From Candidatus Aenigmatarchaeota archaeon (GTDB lineage Archaea; Aenigmatarchaeota; Aenigmatarchaeia; CG10238-14), in the NCBI GenBank assembly GCA_018920365.1, contig JAHLMM010000001.1, positions 4,449 to 68,448 on the forward strand: DNA of 64,000 nucleotides, read 5' to 3'. A program made the position numbers and the translations under genes. Below the pieces are notes generated by a model. That model saw nothing but the letters and a program-made list of their open reading frames with translations. It searched no databases and was not told the origin of the DNA. Positions 28,801-34,377 of this stretch are shown piece by piece. The stretch's first letter is position 1; every line of letters starts with the position of its first letter.

Positions 28801-29528
28801 TTTCCTGATATTGCATTCAGATTGCCTATACCCACACCTCTGAAAGGAAGAGATGAAGAATAATTCCATATTTCTGATAAAGAATTTGATAAAAGATATA
28901 CTTTATTGTCACCTGCAGCAACAGCTATCTCCTCATATTCATCACTAGTAACATCAGCCACCTCTATATCATATATAATATTATTCATCGATTTGTTTTG
29001 AATTTGGCTGCCAGTAGAGTTGAAGAGAAATATTTTTGAGCCAGATGACGCGACTATTTCTTTGCCCTTTTGTGAGCTCAAATTCCCAAAATTGACTGAA
29101 GAAACATCTGTATTTATACTATAATTCCATATTTGAAACCCTGAAGCATTTAACAGTCTTATATTATGTGATGATCCAGCAGTACCAATCAATATTTCAT
29201 CCCACGGTATATCTTCATTTATATTTCCAACTTTTAGATCTAGAACTTGCTCTTTTATAGTTGCGGCTATAGGCTTCATAGAACCTTCTATCCTAATTGA
29301 AGAGTTTATTATTGTAGAATTTTTTGGTAAATTTACCCAAAGTATCTTGGTTTCACTTCCATTAAAGTATATTTCTTTTGTATTTGAACTGTCATTAAAC
29401 TCTACAGTTGAAAAATTCATTACTGCGTCGTCCAAGTCAAATATAAAACTCTGCTGATTAACTGAAGTTACAGTAGAAATAAATATCACAATCAGTATTA
29501 ACAATAGCCAAAAACTACCATTCTTCAT
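22896..29528 (-). CDS. giant surface protein (2210 aa): signal peptide, FG-GAP-like propeller, long beta-rich sequon-rich ectodomain, Cys-rich modules, single TM, cytoplasmic HerA/FtsK-type P-loop ATPase
   Basis: One uninterrupted ORF. N-terminal 'FWLLLILIVIFISTVTS'. Repeated 'D(V/I)..D...EI(A/V)' propeller-like units. Modules 'CGTGESCVNCVADCGEC' and 'CGNGICDTTENPFTCPQDC'. TM 'YIIIGIVSLLSIIIAFVAV' followed by 'RKYIQWKKSK'. Walker A 'HIIVAGSTGAGKS', Walker B 'LIIVFDEVH' and 'GLIMASQ'. Confidence 0.8.
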   Translation of the reverse strand: MKNGSFWLLLILIVIFISTVTSVNQQSFIFDLDDAVMNFSTVEFNDSSNTKEIYFNGSETKILWVNLPKNSTIINSSIRIEGSMKPIAATIKEQVLDLKVGNINEDIPWDEILIGTAGSSHNIRLLNASGFQIWNYSINTDVSSVNFGNLSSQKGKEIVASSGSKIFLFNSTGSQIQNKSMNNIIYDIEVADVTSDEYEEIAVAAGDNKVYLLSNSLSEIWNYSSSLPFRGVGIGNLNAISGKEIAASSGSTIFILDSSGNLINSKDIGYLINDIDVLDIDDSGYDEIAVVTDNGTLYMIDNELNILWSYSPGAAIDNVKIGEVTTEYNGNEIVIGSYDDYVYVVSKDGDLVWKYKTENDVKGVGIGNLTSDPGNEVAAGTQIPAVYTLHILNFEYFPTNVTLDISSDNDIEWSYGGKFRSSANITANSEVQDFINSCSPDSFGYCQLPLNFSSDFDGILKINEINISYSYNITNIFYVSLASEWSRNDSIAANESVGNQIKKINYLVNPSHDFQIKYIAVSNSATVCDFNGTRFNVITLQGSKVCDISSKPKTIFSNQNLTYDFIWDNTMSSSIPILYNETEGVAQYGFWKKNITVWNTTTQIFTNIILSTSLDENYITGNSKLRVDWFNNGTLYDITPAQTRTNCNSNPTYSEISIENYTFFVCKQDTNNDGRVDFFAWKQPDTNRTFTIYEVSGSANNPPVINNVNISSDNFWGRNFTVYVNVSDAEGNNISVIPCINLTKTFDINDINTSQLTWQCFSEKNTTSNTIYGEELYFEIETNSTWVGYNILTFLLSDFENETVYHDYSYYNVYYGPNVTKHLTAPIIVQGNESHINRSQSILLSAYINDSIDNSPATSAVCMFWISKNQTSWDLGYQTSTNSSGYCNYLFTPNSSYEPGLRWWRVGVYNDNIYNDSLSSNQTIYLYGKMNVNFTQSIYQSNITRNQNRIISARIFDEYGQQIRLSGQQCSFIINQTQIGTNTTNSTGVCQISFQPSCSYQLGLYEFNVSLPSSSNTYYYLDQKQHLINLFIKDTINSSILSPLTTEIYHKGEEMNLSSYILDSCGVPEHQYTSTWIFNCTSQTYPPIYNSTIATNTTWNVQCNPGILILSNRITGELYNQNTQTRNINIYGWSQVKLLQPSNGTFNRTETNRIINISCEVSDANNTLVKLDPYSVDILYKYEGGNFVKLASMNTIFPSGTVNYLWNISSNQTVPEGLYTIMCNITDQNLDAYRKYNASQKEDSKDIVIIEKDTTPPKINSIKINSTLKGGNTSITANITDWYGVSHAWIDVYHPNGTNQTIYLTNSTGDLKQTVWYSNFTQMNFVGDYDIILYANDTSNYTSSNSTWFEVYDTIQLYADTSYPVRYLFYRPGRNEIIHNFTNPAGQQNLTLHQRNYDLYAEIQDDASQMHEIIFNDLNSTETSKQQFGSVSNITNPLNISVIPLIILNPPVPWRHEIAGIYISSSFAYSNVTVSFDYSKKIGEIDYAPALVIYKCSNWTGQCSSGWQEVNTTVNSTSYKAFTLQNSTSAYYLFEAEICGNSICGTGESCVNCVADCGECSTGGTGMTQQPVSSAAGGAGSSGYKESCGNGICDTTENPFTCPQDCTGVFSVKTNLTQDYVNPGNKKSYSLWISNLMSQSIQANILINGPASNLLSLRQKSVLVESSKEKEVVIDLNVPENIQVGTYTGEIVVSSGRSERLPITIFVTKDTSELQLSLKTITKTLKPNETLAFEVGFYSLTQKKEIEAEITYAIQRFKQDDIIYTETEQVSIKTPHQILKYIHLPENITSGKYYVVVNATYSDGKLSAIDTFDISSSIITAATLRYIIIGIVSLLSIIIAFVAVRKYIQWKKSKLRYIFPVNFGLLPQGDLHLGKVAETNIKATFSSNDITTHIIVAGSTGAGKSVSASIFAEELLEKKIPVVVFDPTAQWTGFVKPCKDENVLKYYKNHGLTIDNTKSYPGNIYEMTDPKAKIDFKKYMNPGEITVFVLNKLKPGEYDEAVTNIIDSIFSQSWEESTQPRLIIVFDEVHRLLEKYGGKGGYVALERACREFRKWGIGLIMASQVLSDFKEAIKGNVLTEIQMHTKSLNDLQRIEKKYGLEYARRVAKEEVGIGMIQNPKYNKGMPWFISFRPPLHMPHKITDQEMQMYKEYNSRIEKLEQEIEKLASTGKDVFDLRIELKLAKDKLKKGMFRVAEIYIESLNKKLGLSK
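22899..23996 (-). other. cytoplasmic tail: HerA/FtsK/VirB4-superfamily (DUF87-like) ATPase domain plus terminal coiled coil
   Basis: Walker A is at 23814..23837 (GSTGAGKS) and Walker B at 23439..23465 (LIIVFDEVH). The 'ASQ' motif occupies the position of the HerA 'ATQ' motif. I found no N-x-S/T sequon in this ~366-aa tail, whereas the ectodomain is full of them. Confidence 0.7.
23997..24053 (-). other. single predicted transmembrane helix of the giant protein
   Basis: 19 hydrophobic residues 'YIIIGIVSLLSIIIAFVAV' are followed by the basic 'RKYIQWKKSK'. By the positive-inside rule the C-terminal tail is cytoplasmic. Confidence 0.7.
24710..24925 (-). other. two Cys-rich 'CG.G.C' modules flanking a Gly/Ser/Ala linker (ectodomain stalk region)
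   Basis: 'CGNSICGTGESCVNCVADCGECS-TGGTGMTQQPVSSAAGGAGSSGY-KESCGNGICDTTENPFTCPQDC'. Confidence 0.6.
28330..29260 (-). other. FG-GAP/PQQ-like beta-propeller region of the giant protein (approximate bounds)
   Basis: Recurrent ~50-60-aa units: 'IWNYS..', 'GNL..GKEI(A/V)ASSGS.IF(L/I)..S.G', 'VADVTSDEYEEIAVAA', 'VLDIDDSGYDEIAVVT', 'IGEVTTEYNGNEIVIGS' and 'IGNLTSDPGNEVAAG'. Confidence 0.5.
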
Positions 29529-29566
29529 AATCTATTATTTATGAATTTTATTAATATTAGGTTTTC

Positions 29567-31558
29567 TTATTGATAGCCCAATCTTTTCTTTATGTTTTCT
29601 AGCTTTTCTTCAAATTTCTTTTCTTTGAACTTTCTATATCTCAAATATCCCACTATCGCAGCTATGATTGCAAAAATAGTAAGAAAAACTATTTCAGCCA
29701 AAGAATAAGAGTTATATTTTAATAAATGATCAATGCTGGTACAAAATTCCTCATAATTTTTCTTTTCAAGCTCATAATCTGCCTGATTTTGAAACTCACT
29801 TACTTTGGATTTAAAAGGAAATATCTTTAATGGATAAATCTTTAGTAATCTTTCCTTCATCAAAACATCTGCTTTAATATTAACAGACTCATAGTCACTT
29901 ATTATCTTTACAAAAAGTTCTTGTGATTTTTTATATTCTTTTGATTCCAGGTTTTTGATTGCTACATCCATTAGCTTCTCTGTTTCAACAAAGCGCTGGC
30001 TTAATTCTGTTAAATCTATACACTTCATCATCAAAGTTCTACTAGCATTTTTTCTAGCCTTTTCAGCTTCTTGGTAAAGCAGTTTTGCAAGCCCTTCGTC
30101 GTCTTGAGAAACTATAAACAGTAAATTTTCCTTGTTACTTTCAACAGAGTTCTTTGCTTTAACAGAAAAAGGATATACACCCTGTTTTGCATCAATTGGT
30201 GTTTTTATAAAAACTATTATATCAGTTTTATCACCTGCATTGATCTTGTCAATTTTGTATGGTGATAATGTTAACCATTCCAAAGGCAAGCCATCTATGA
30301 CTAGCTTAATGTTAGTCAAGTTTTTTGTGCCTGTATTTGTCAATGAGACAATAAAAGAAGACAAGTTGCCGGCAAGTGAAGGTATTTTATATCTTGAAAC
30401 ATTTATGTAAAGTTCTTTCTTTTCTTCTAACGGATATGATTGGCCACCTCCTCCACCGCCTGATGGCTGGGGTGGAGGCTGTGGTTGTTGACAAGGAATA
30501 ACATTGAATGTATCAGAGGAAGATATATTTACAGCCCAATTAGCTGTTGAAACATCTAATATGCTATAAAATGTATATATACCTTCAGGTGAATTTTGTG
30601 GAAGCCTTAATGTGACAAATTTTTCTAGCGTATCGCCAACGGCAATAGTTTCTTTTCTTTCTGCATATTTGTTACCAGCATATTCTAGTATATATGTCAT
30701 ATTCACATCGATTGGTTGGTCTGGGAAGACTTTCAAAACATTTACTTTAGCAGTGACATCACCACCTTGGCAAACTTCTTTATGTTGTGATATAACTTCT
30801 GTCTGTACATCAAAAATTGCAATAGTTTGAACGTGTATCGTGACTGGTATATAAAGTGTAACTTCATTTTGCATTGAGGCTATTATATATCCTGCATAGT
30901 CTCTAGGAATCGTATTCCATGGAAGATCAATGAATACACCTATTCTCGTATAATTCCATGTTTCAGGTGGCAGATATACTGGATTGGAGGAAAAATAAAT
31001 CCAATTAGCTACATCACCAGAAGTGTTGAGAAAGACATTTGCACCATAACAAGGAAATAAAAGCCACAGATAAAGATCTTCTGAAATGAAATCTCCTGGA
31101 AATACTGTCTTCTCTATAAAAGATGGTGAAGATACAAGGCTGCCATATCTTTGTTTTATTCTAAAATTTGTTTCATAGGTTGTTTTATTATTAAAATAGA
31201 CTAAATCAGTGTAAACATTATATATACCTGCTATATCTCCGTCAGAAACATTTTTTGTGAGAAAATAAAATCTTTGTTGTGTCGGCAGTATTTGTTGATT
31301 TTTCCATGTTTGGTTAGAATACAAAGAATTATATTGGTTGTAAATTGACTGATTTAATAAAAAAACTGTTTGATTGTTGCCAGCATTAGTCACATTAGTG
31401 GTTATATTAACAACATCACCTGGACAATATGAACTGCTTGTTGGCATTACACTCAATAACAGATTTGGATACATACCAACTGAAGAATTTATTGGTGATT
31501 GAGCGGCATTAACTACATTTAAGAATAGTAATATCATCAAAAATACAAGATTTTTCAT
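29567..31558 (-). CDS. secreted/anchored protein with CARDB/NEW3-like Ig domains, Pro/Gly linker, helical region and C-terminal TM (COG1470-like architecture)
   Basis: Signal peptide 'MKNLVFLMILLFLNVVNA'. 'GDVVNITTNVTNAGN' and 'LSSFIVSLTNTGTKNLTNIKL' are CARDB-like strands. Linker 'QQPQPPPQPSGGGGGGQS'. C-terminal TM 'IVFLTIFAIIAAIVGYL' followed by a basic tail. Confidence 0.65.
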   Translation of the reverse strand: MKNLVFLMILLFLNVVNAAQSPINSSVGMYPNLLLSVMPTSSSYCPGDVVNITTNVTNAGNNQTVFLLNQSIYNQYNSLYSNQTWKNQQILPTQQRFYFLTKNVSDGDIAGIYNVYTDLVYFNNKTTYETNFRIKQRYGSLVSSPSFIEKTVFPGDFISEDLYLWLLFPCYGANVFLNTSGDVANWIYFSSNPVYLPPETWNYTRIGVFIDLPWNTIPRDYAGYIIASMQNEVTLYIPVTIHVQTIAIFDVQTEVISQHKEVCQGGDVTAKVNVLKVFPDQPIDVNMTYILEYAGNKYAERKETIAVGDTLEKFVTLRLPQNSPEGIYTFYSILDVSTANWAVNISSSDTFNVIPCQQPQPPPQPSGGGGGGQSYPLEEKKELYINVSRYKIPSLAGNLSSFIVSLTNTGTKNLTNIKLVIDGLPLEWLTLSPYKIDKINAGDKTDIIVFIKTPIDAKQGVYPFSVKAKNSVESNKENLLFIVSQDDEGLAKLLYQEAEKARKNASRTLMMKCIDLTELSQRFVETEKLMDVAIKNLESKEYKKSQELFVKIISDYESVNIKADVLMKERLLKIYPLKIFPFKSKVSEFQNQADYELEKKNYEEFCTSIDHLLKYNSYSLAEIVFLTIFAIIAAIVGYLRYRKFKEKKFEEKLENIKKRLGYQ

Positions 31559-31626
31559 AATTATTGTATGTTTCAGAAATTAATATTAAATTATGTTTTA
31601 TCAAATTATATCTTAGGTGAAATATT
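31559..31626. promoter_or_regulatory. 68-nt divergent intergenic region shared by the giant-protein operon (-) and the A1-B1 cassette (+)
   Basis: This is the only non-coding DNA between the two divergent units. It is AT-rich with TATA-like 'TTAATATTAAATTA', and AGGTGA lies 8 nt before the TTG start of A1. Confidence 0.4.
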
Positions 31627-32220
31627 TTGAAAAAAATTATTTTCATATTTCTAGTGATTTTAGTACTTATTAAAACAAACGAATCTGCTGATTTTGAAAT
31701 GAATGCTACAATAGAAAGTTCAATTCATTATTATATACAAACTAGTAGTCAACTTTCAAAAGGCATATTTTTTACAAATTCCACAGGTGCTGAGCAAAAT
31801 GTTCAATATAATGTCATTCCTGGCAGTTTCAACAACAATGCTGTGTGGAACTATAACAATACAGATAAAAAAACTGAATATTGGGTTTATGTTTATATTC
31901 AAGGTGCGCAAATAAATGTATGTCATGGGGCAACAAATCATTTATGCTCTAACCCAGGTTGTATAGGGTTTGACAATTATTTAATAAACATAAATAATGC
32001 TAAATGGAGTAAATCTACTTCAAACGACATTAACAACCCTTCTTTATCAAATGCTTTGCCTTTTGTCATTGGTTTTGACAATCAAAATAAAATAGCTGAC
32101 TTGACAAACAATTCACAAACAATTTACTTCAGATATTGGTTAGATATTCCACCAAGCGTTCCACCTTATATCTATAATACAACTTATCAAATAATAGGTG
32201 TTGTAGAAGATGAATGTTAA
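31627..32220 (+). CDS. secreted A-domain protein A1 (putative surface-filament/adhesin subunit)
   Basis: TTG start with an AGGTGA Shine-Dalgarno element. Signal peptide 'MKKIIFIFLVILVLIKTNES'. Blocks 'GIFFTNSTG', 'WNYNNT', 'YWVYV', 'CSNPGC', 'YFRYWLDIPP..PPYIYNTTYQI', ending '..EDEC'. Confidence 0.7.
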   Translation: MKKIIFIFLVILVLIKTNESADFEMNATIESSIHYYIQTSSQLSKGIFFTNSTGAEQNVQYNVIPGSFNNNAVWNYNNTDKKTEYWVYVYIQGAQINVCHGATNHLCSNPGCIGFDNYLININNAKWSKSTSNDINNPSLSNALPFVIGFDNQNKIADLTNNSQTIYFRYWLDIPPSVPPYIYNTTYQIIGVVEDEC

Positions 32221-32770
32221 AATATTATTTTTATTAATATTGATGCCGTATGTTACTGCTTCTGGAGTAGGTATATTCCCTTTAAATGAAAATGTCGAAA
32301 TTAAACCTTTTCAGAGATTTAGAACAAATATTTACTTGTTTAATCCATCAAACGATGATGTTTTTGTTTACACAAATGCGTCTTGCTTCATTAATGGAAA
32401 AGTATACGACTATATAAACTTTTATCCAAAAGAGTTATCCATAAATAAAAATACTTCTATACTGGAAGCAAAACCTATAATTGTATCAATACAAAATCCA
32501 CTTTTCATTGAAAATAACCAAAGTATTTTTAATTACAATGTTTTGTTTGGAGAAAATAAATTAAAATGTAGATTTTATGCGAAAACAAATGACACAACAC
32601 CTATTATTGTTACATCAAATATCAATGTTATATTAATTGGAATAAATTTAGCAAAACTCGGTTTAATTGTGTTTACCCTTCTTGTGTTGGGTTATTTTGG
32701 TATAAATAAAATAGGCAAAAAGAGCAAAAAATATACAAAGAATTATAAAACTCATCATAGGCATACCTGA
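32210..32770 (+). CDS. B1: signal peptide, beta-rich (Ig/PapD-like?) domain, C-terminal TM anchor
   Basis: It overlaps A1 by 11 nt. 'ASGVGIFPLNENVEIKPFQRFRTNIYLFNPSNDDVFVY', TM 'LGLIVFTLLVLGYFGI', and a Lys/His-rich tail. Confidence 0.6.
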   Translation: MNVKILFLLILMPYVTASGVGIFPLNENVEIKPFQRFRTNIYLFNPSNDDVFVYTNASCFINGKVYDYINFYPKELSINKNTSILEAKPIIVSIQNPLFIENNQSIFNYNVLFGENKLKCRFYAKTNDTTPIIVTSNINVILIGINLAKLGLIVFTLLVLGYFGINKIGKKSKKYTKNYKTHHRHT

Positions 32771-33352
32771 TGCATTTATTTCTATTGTTGAGCCAACTGA
32801 AGGGGTTACACCCATTTCACCAAAACTGGACGCATAAACATCTGCAACAAGTAGCCCTTTGAAACTTTTTTGCCCAATGAAAAGACTATAGTATGGAATG
32901 GCAATATAATTTTCATATTTCTTGTTAAAAACTTTGACAAAAAAATTGAAAAATTCAGGAGTATAAAGTTTCAAATAATTTTTTAAAATAAATTTTGGTG
33001 AGAAAGTAATCTTAACAGCAGGTGCATCACTGCCCATAGTTGATGGATTGATTGTTATATCTTGTTTATCAATTGTGAAAAATGATCTATAGTCTATAGT
33101 TTTCTCACCTATTTTGTGTCCAAATATTTTAACATCTTCTGTGCAGTCTTTGCAATCAAAGTAAACTTTGGCTTTTACCTCATAAATAGAAGGATTTGTT
33201 AATCTTACAACTGATGTGTAATAATCAAGTACGCTACCTGTTATATTGATATAATATGTGCTTATTCCTATGCCTACTCCATCCATACTTTGTACAGATG
33301 GAAAAATTGACAATATAAAAATCAAAATAAACATTTTCACTTTTGATTTCAT
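32663..33352 (-). CDS. B2: signal peptide, beta-rich domain, C-terminal TM anchor (distant paralogue of B1)
   Basis: ATG chosen at 33352 (the ORF track starts at a GTG at 33361). 'SMDGVGIGISTYYINITG..VVRLTNPSIYEVKAKVYFDC', TM 'MMSFIILCIFFALFAYFIY' and tail 'TKITQHKKGKHN'. Its 3' end overlaps B1 by 108 nt on the opposite strand. Confidence 0.6.
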   Translation of the reverse strand: MKSKVKMFILIFILSIFPSVQSMDGVGIGISTYYINITGSVLDYYTSVVRLTNPSIYEVKAKVYFDCKDCTEDVKIFGHKIGEKTIDYRSFFTIDKQDITINPSTMGSDAPAVKITFSPKFILKNYLKLYTPEFFNFFVKVFNKKYENYIAIPYYSLFIGQKSFKGLLVADVYASSFGEMGVTPSVGSTIEINASGMPMMSFIILCIFFALFAYFIYTKITQHKKGKHN

Positions 33353-33363
33353 ATAAATCACTA

Positions 33364-34014
33364 TTAGCAGCTACATGTACCAAATGATGAAAATACTTCT
33401 ACTGCTCTTATTTTAAATGTAGTGTTGTATACACCTGAAGGTGCTGAATTTGGTCTTGGATCTATCCAGTATCTCATGTAAATATAACTGTTTGGTGTAA
33501 GATTGCCTGCTATTGGTTGATAATCATCAACTGCCTGGAAATAATAGTTTGTCGTGTCAGGTGGTGAATGAACTGAAAATGTCGGTGTTGTACCATTTGC
33601 CCAGCCAACACCACCATCGGCTGCATAAGCTACATATAGTCTATCTGTACCTACTGCACAATCGCCTGACCTGCATAGAAGGTTTTCACATGCACAATGT
33701 GCAACTTTAACATCAATAGTGTTACCAGCACATGCTTGAACATAATATGTTGTTCCAAATGAAGTTCCATTATAGTTTCCAGTAGCATTGTTTAAAACTG
33801 TCATTACAGTTATAGGATACTGTACGCCCATTGTTGTTCTGTTTGTGAAAAATACACCAGCTGAATAATTTCCTGATAATTGAACGCATATAGGCTGTTG
33901 AATACTAGCATTCATATCTGCTCTGAATTCCTGCTGTCCCAAAATAGTAGTTAACGAAAGCCAAAATGATAATAATACGGTCAAAATCAATGAAACAAAC
34001 AAACGATCGTTCAT
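33364..34014 (-). CDS. secreted A-domain protein A2
   Basis: Signal/TM 'LFVSLILTVLLSFWLSLTTILG'. Blocks 'GVFFTNRT', 'GNYNGT', 'YYVQAC', 'CRSGDC', 'YMRYWIDPRPNSAPSGVYNTTFKI', ending '..GTCSC'. Confidence 0.7.
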   Translation of the reverse strand: MNDRLFVSLILTVLLSFWLSLTTILGQQEFRADMNASIQQPICVQLSGNYSAGVFFTNRTTMGVQYPITVMTVLNNATGNYNGTSFGTTYYVQACAGNTIDVKVAHCACENLLCRSGDCAVGTDRLYVAYAADGGVGWANGTTPTFSVHSPPDTTNYYFQAVDDYQPIAGNLTPNSYIYMRYWIDPRPNSAPSGVYNTTFKIRAVEVFSSFGTCSC

Positions 34015-34086
34015 ATAATATCATTTCTTTTTTCTTATTAATAAAATATTATGTTTTTCTAGTTGATTATTTAATATATTATCAGT

Positions 34087-34377
34087 ATGTTTTGGGTAAA
34101 AGTCCATAGAATAAAGGATCATATAGTAGCTGCTGTATGTGATGAAGAACTTATAGACAAAAAATTAGATTTTGATGGAATCATTTTTCACTTAAATAGA
34201 AAATTTTATGGCGGTGAAATCGTAGATAAGGAAAAAGTTACAAAAATATTAGAAAATTGTACCATAGGAAATCTTGTTGGTAATAATATAATTGATCTTG
34301 CAATTGAAAAAAAGTATATTGATAAAAACAATATAATATCAATAAACGGTGTACCACATGCTCAATTTATCAAATAA
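34087..34377 (+). CDS. DUF424-family conserved archaeal protein
   Basis: 'VKVHRIKDHIVAAVCDEELIDKKL..FYGGEIV..NLVGNNIIDLAIE..INGVPHAQ' matches the DUF424/COG2412 pattern as I recall it. Confidence 0.6.
   Translation: MFWVKVHRIKDHIVAAVCDEELIDKKLDFDGIIFHLNRKFYGGEIVDKEKVTKILENCTIGNLVGNNIIDLAIEKKYIDKNNIISINGVPHAQFIK

Noticed and set aside
23110-28869. Several 60-138-aa ORFs on the plus strand and in other frames inside the giant gene (e.g. 23713..24129, 27157..27453, 25951..26139, 28684..28869).
   Set aside because: They lie antisense or out of frame within a 6.6-kb ORF that has coherent domain structure. Their sequences are low-complexity mirrors of the sense strand. They have no start context or motifs.
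30441-30495. GC-rich low-complexity DNA (ccacctcctccaccgcctgatggctggggtggaggctgtggttg) that stands out from the AT-rich background.
   Set aside because: It encodes the Pro/Gly linker 'QQPQPPPQPSGGGGGGQS' of the 663-aa surface protein on the minus strand. It is a protein linker, not a DNA repeat element.
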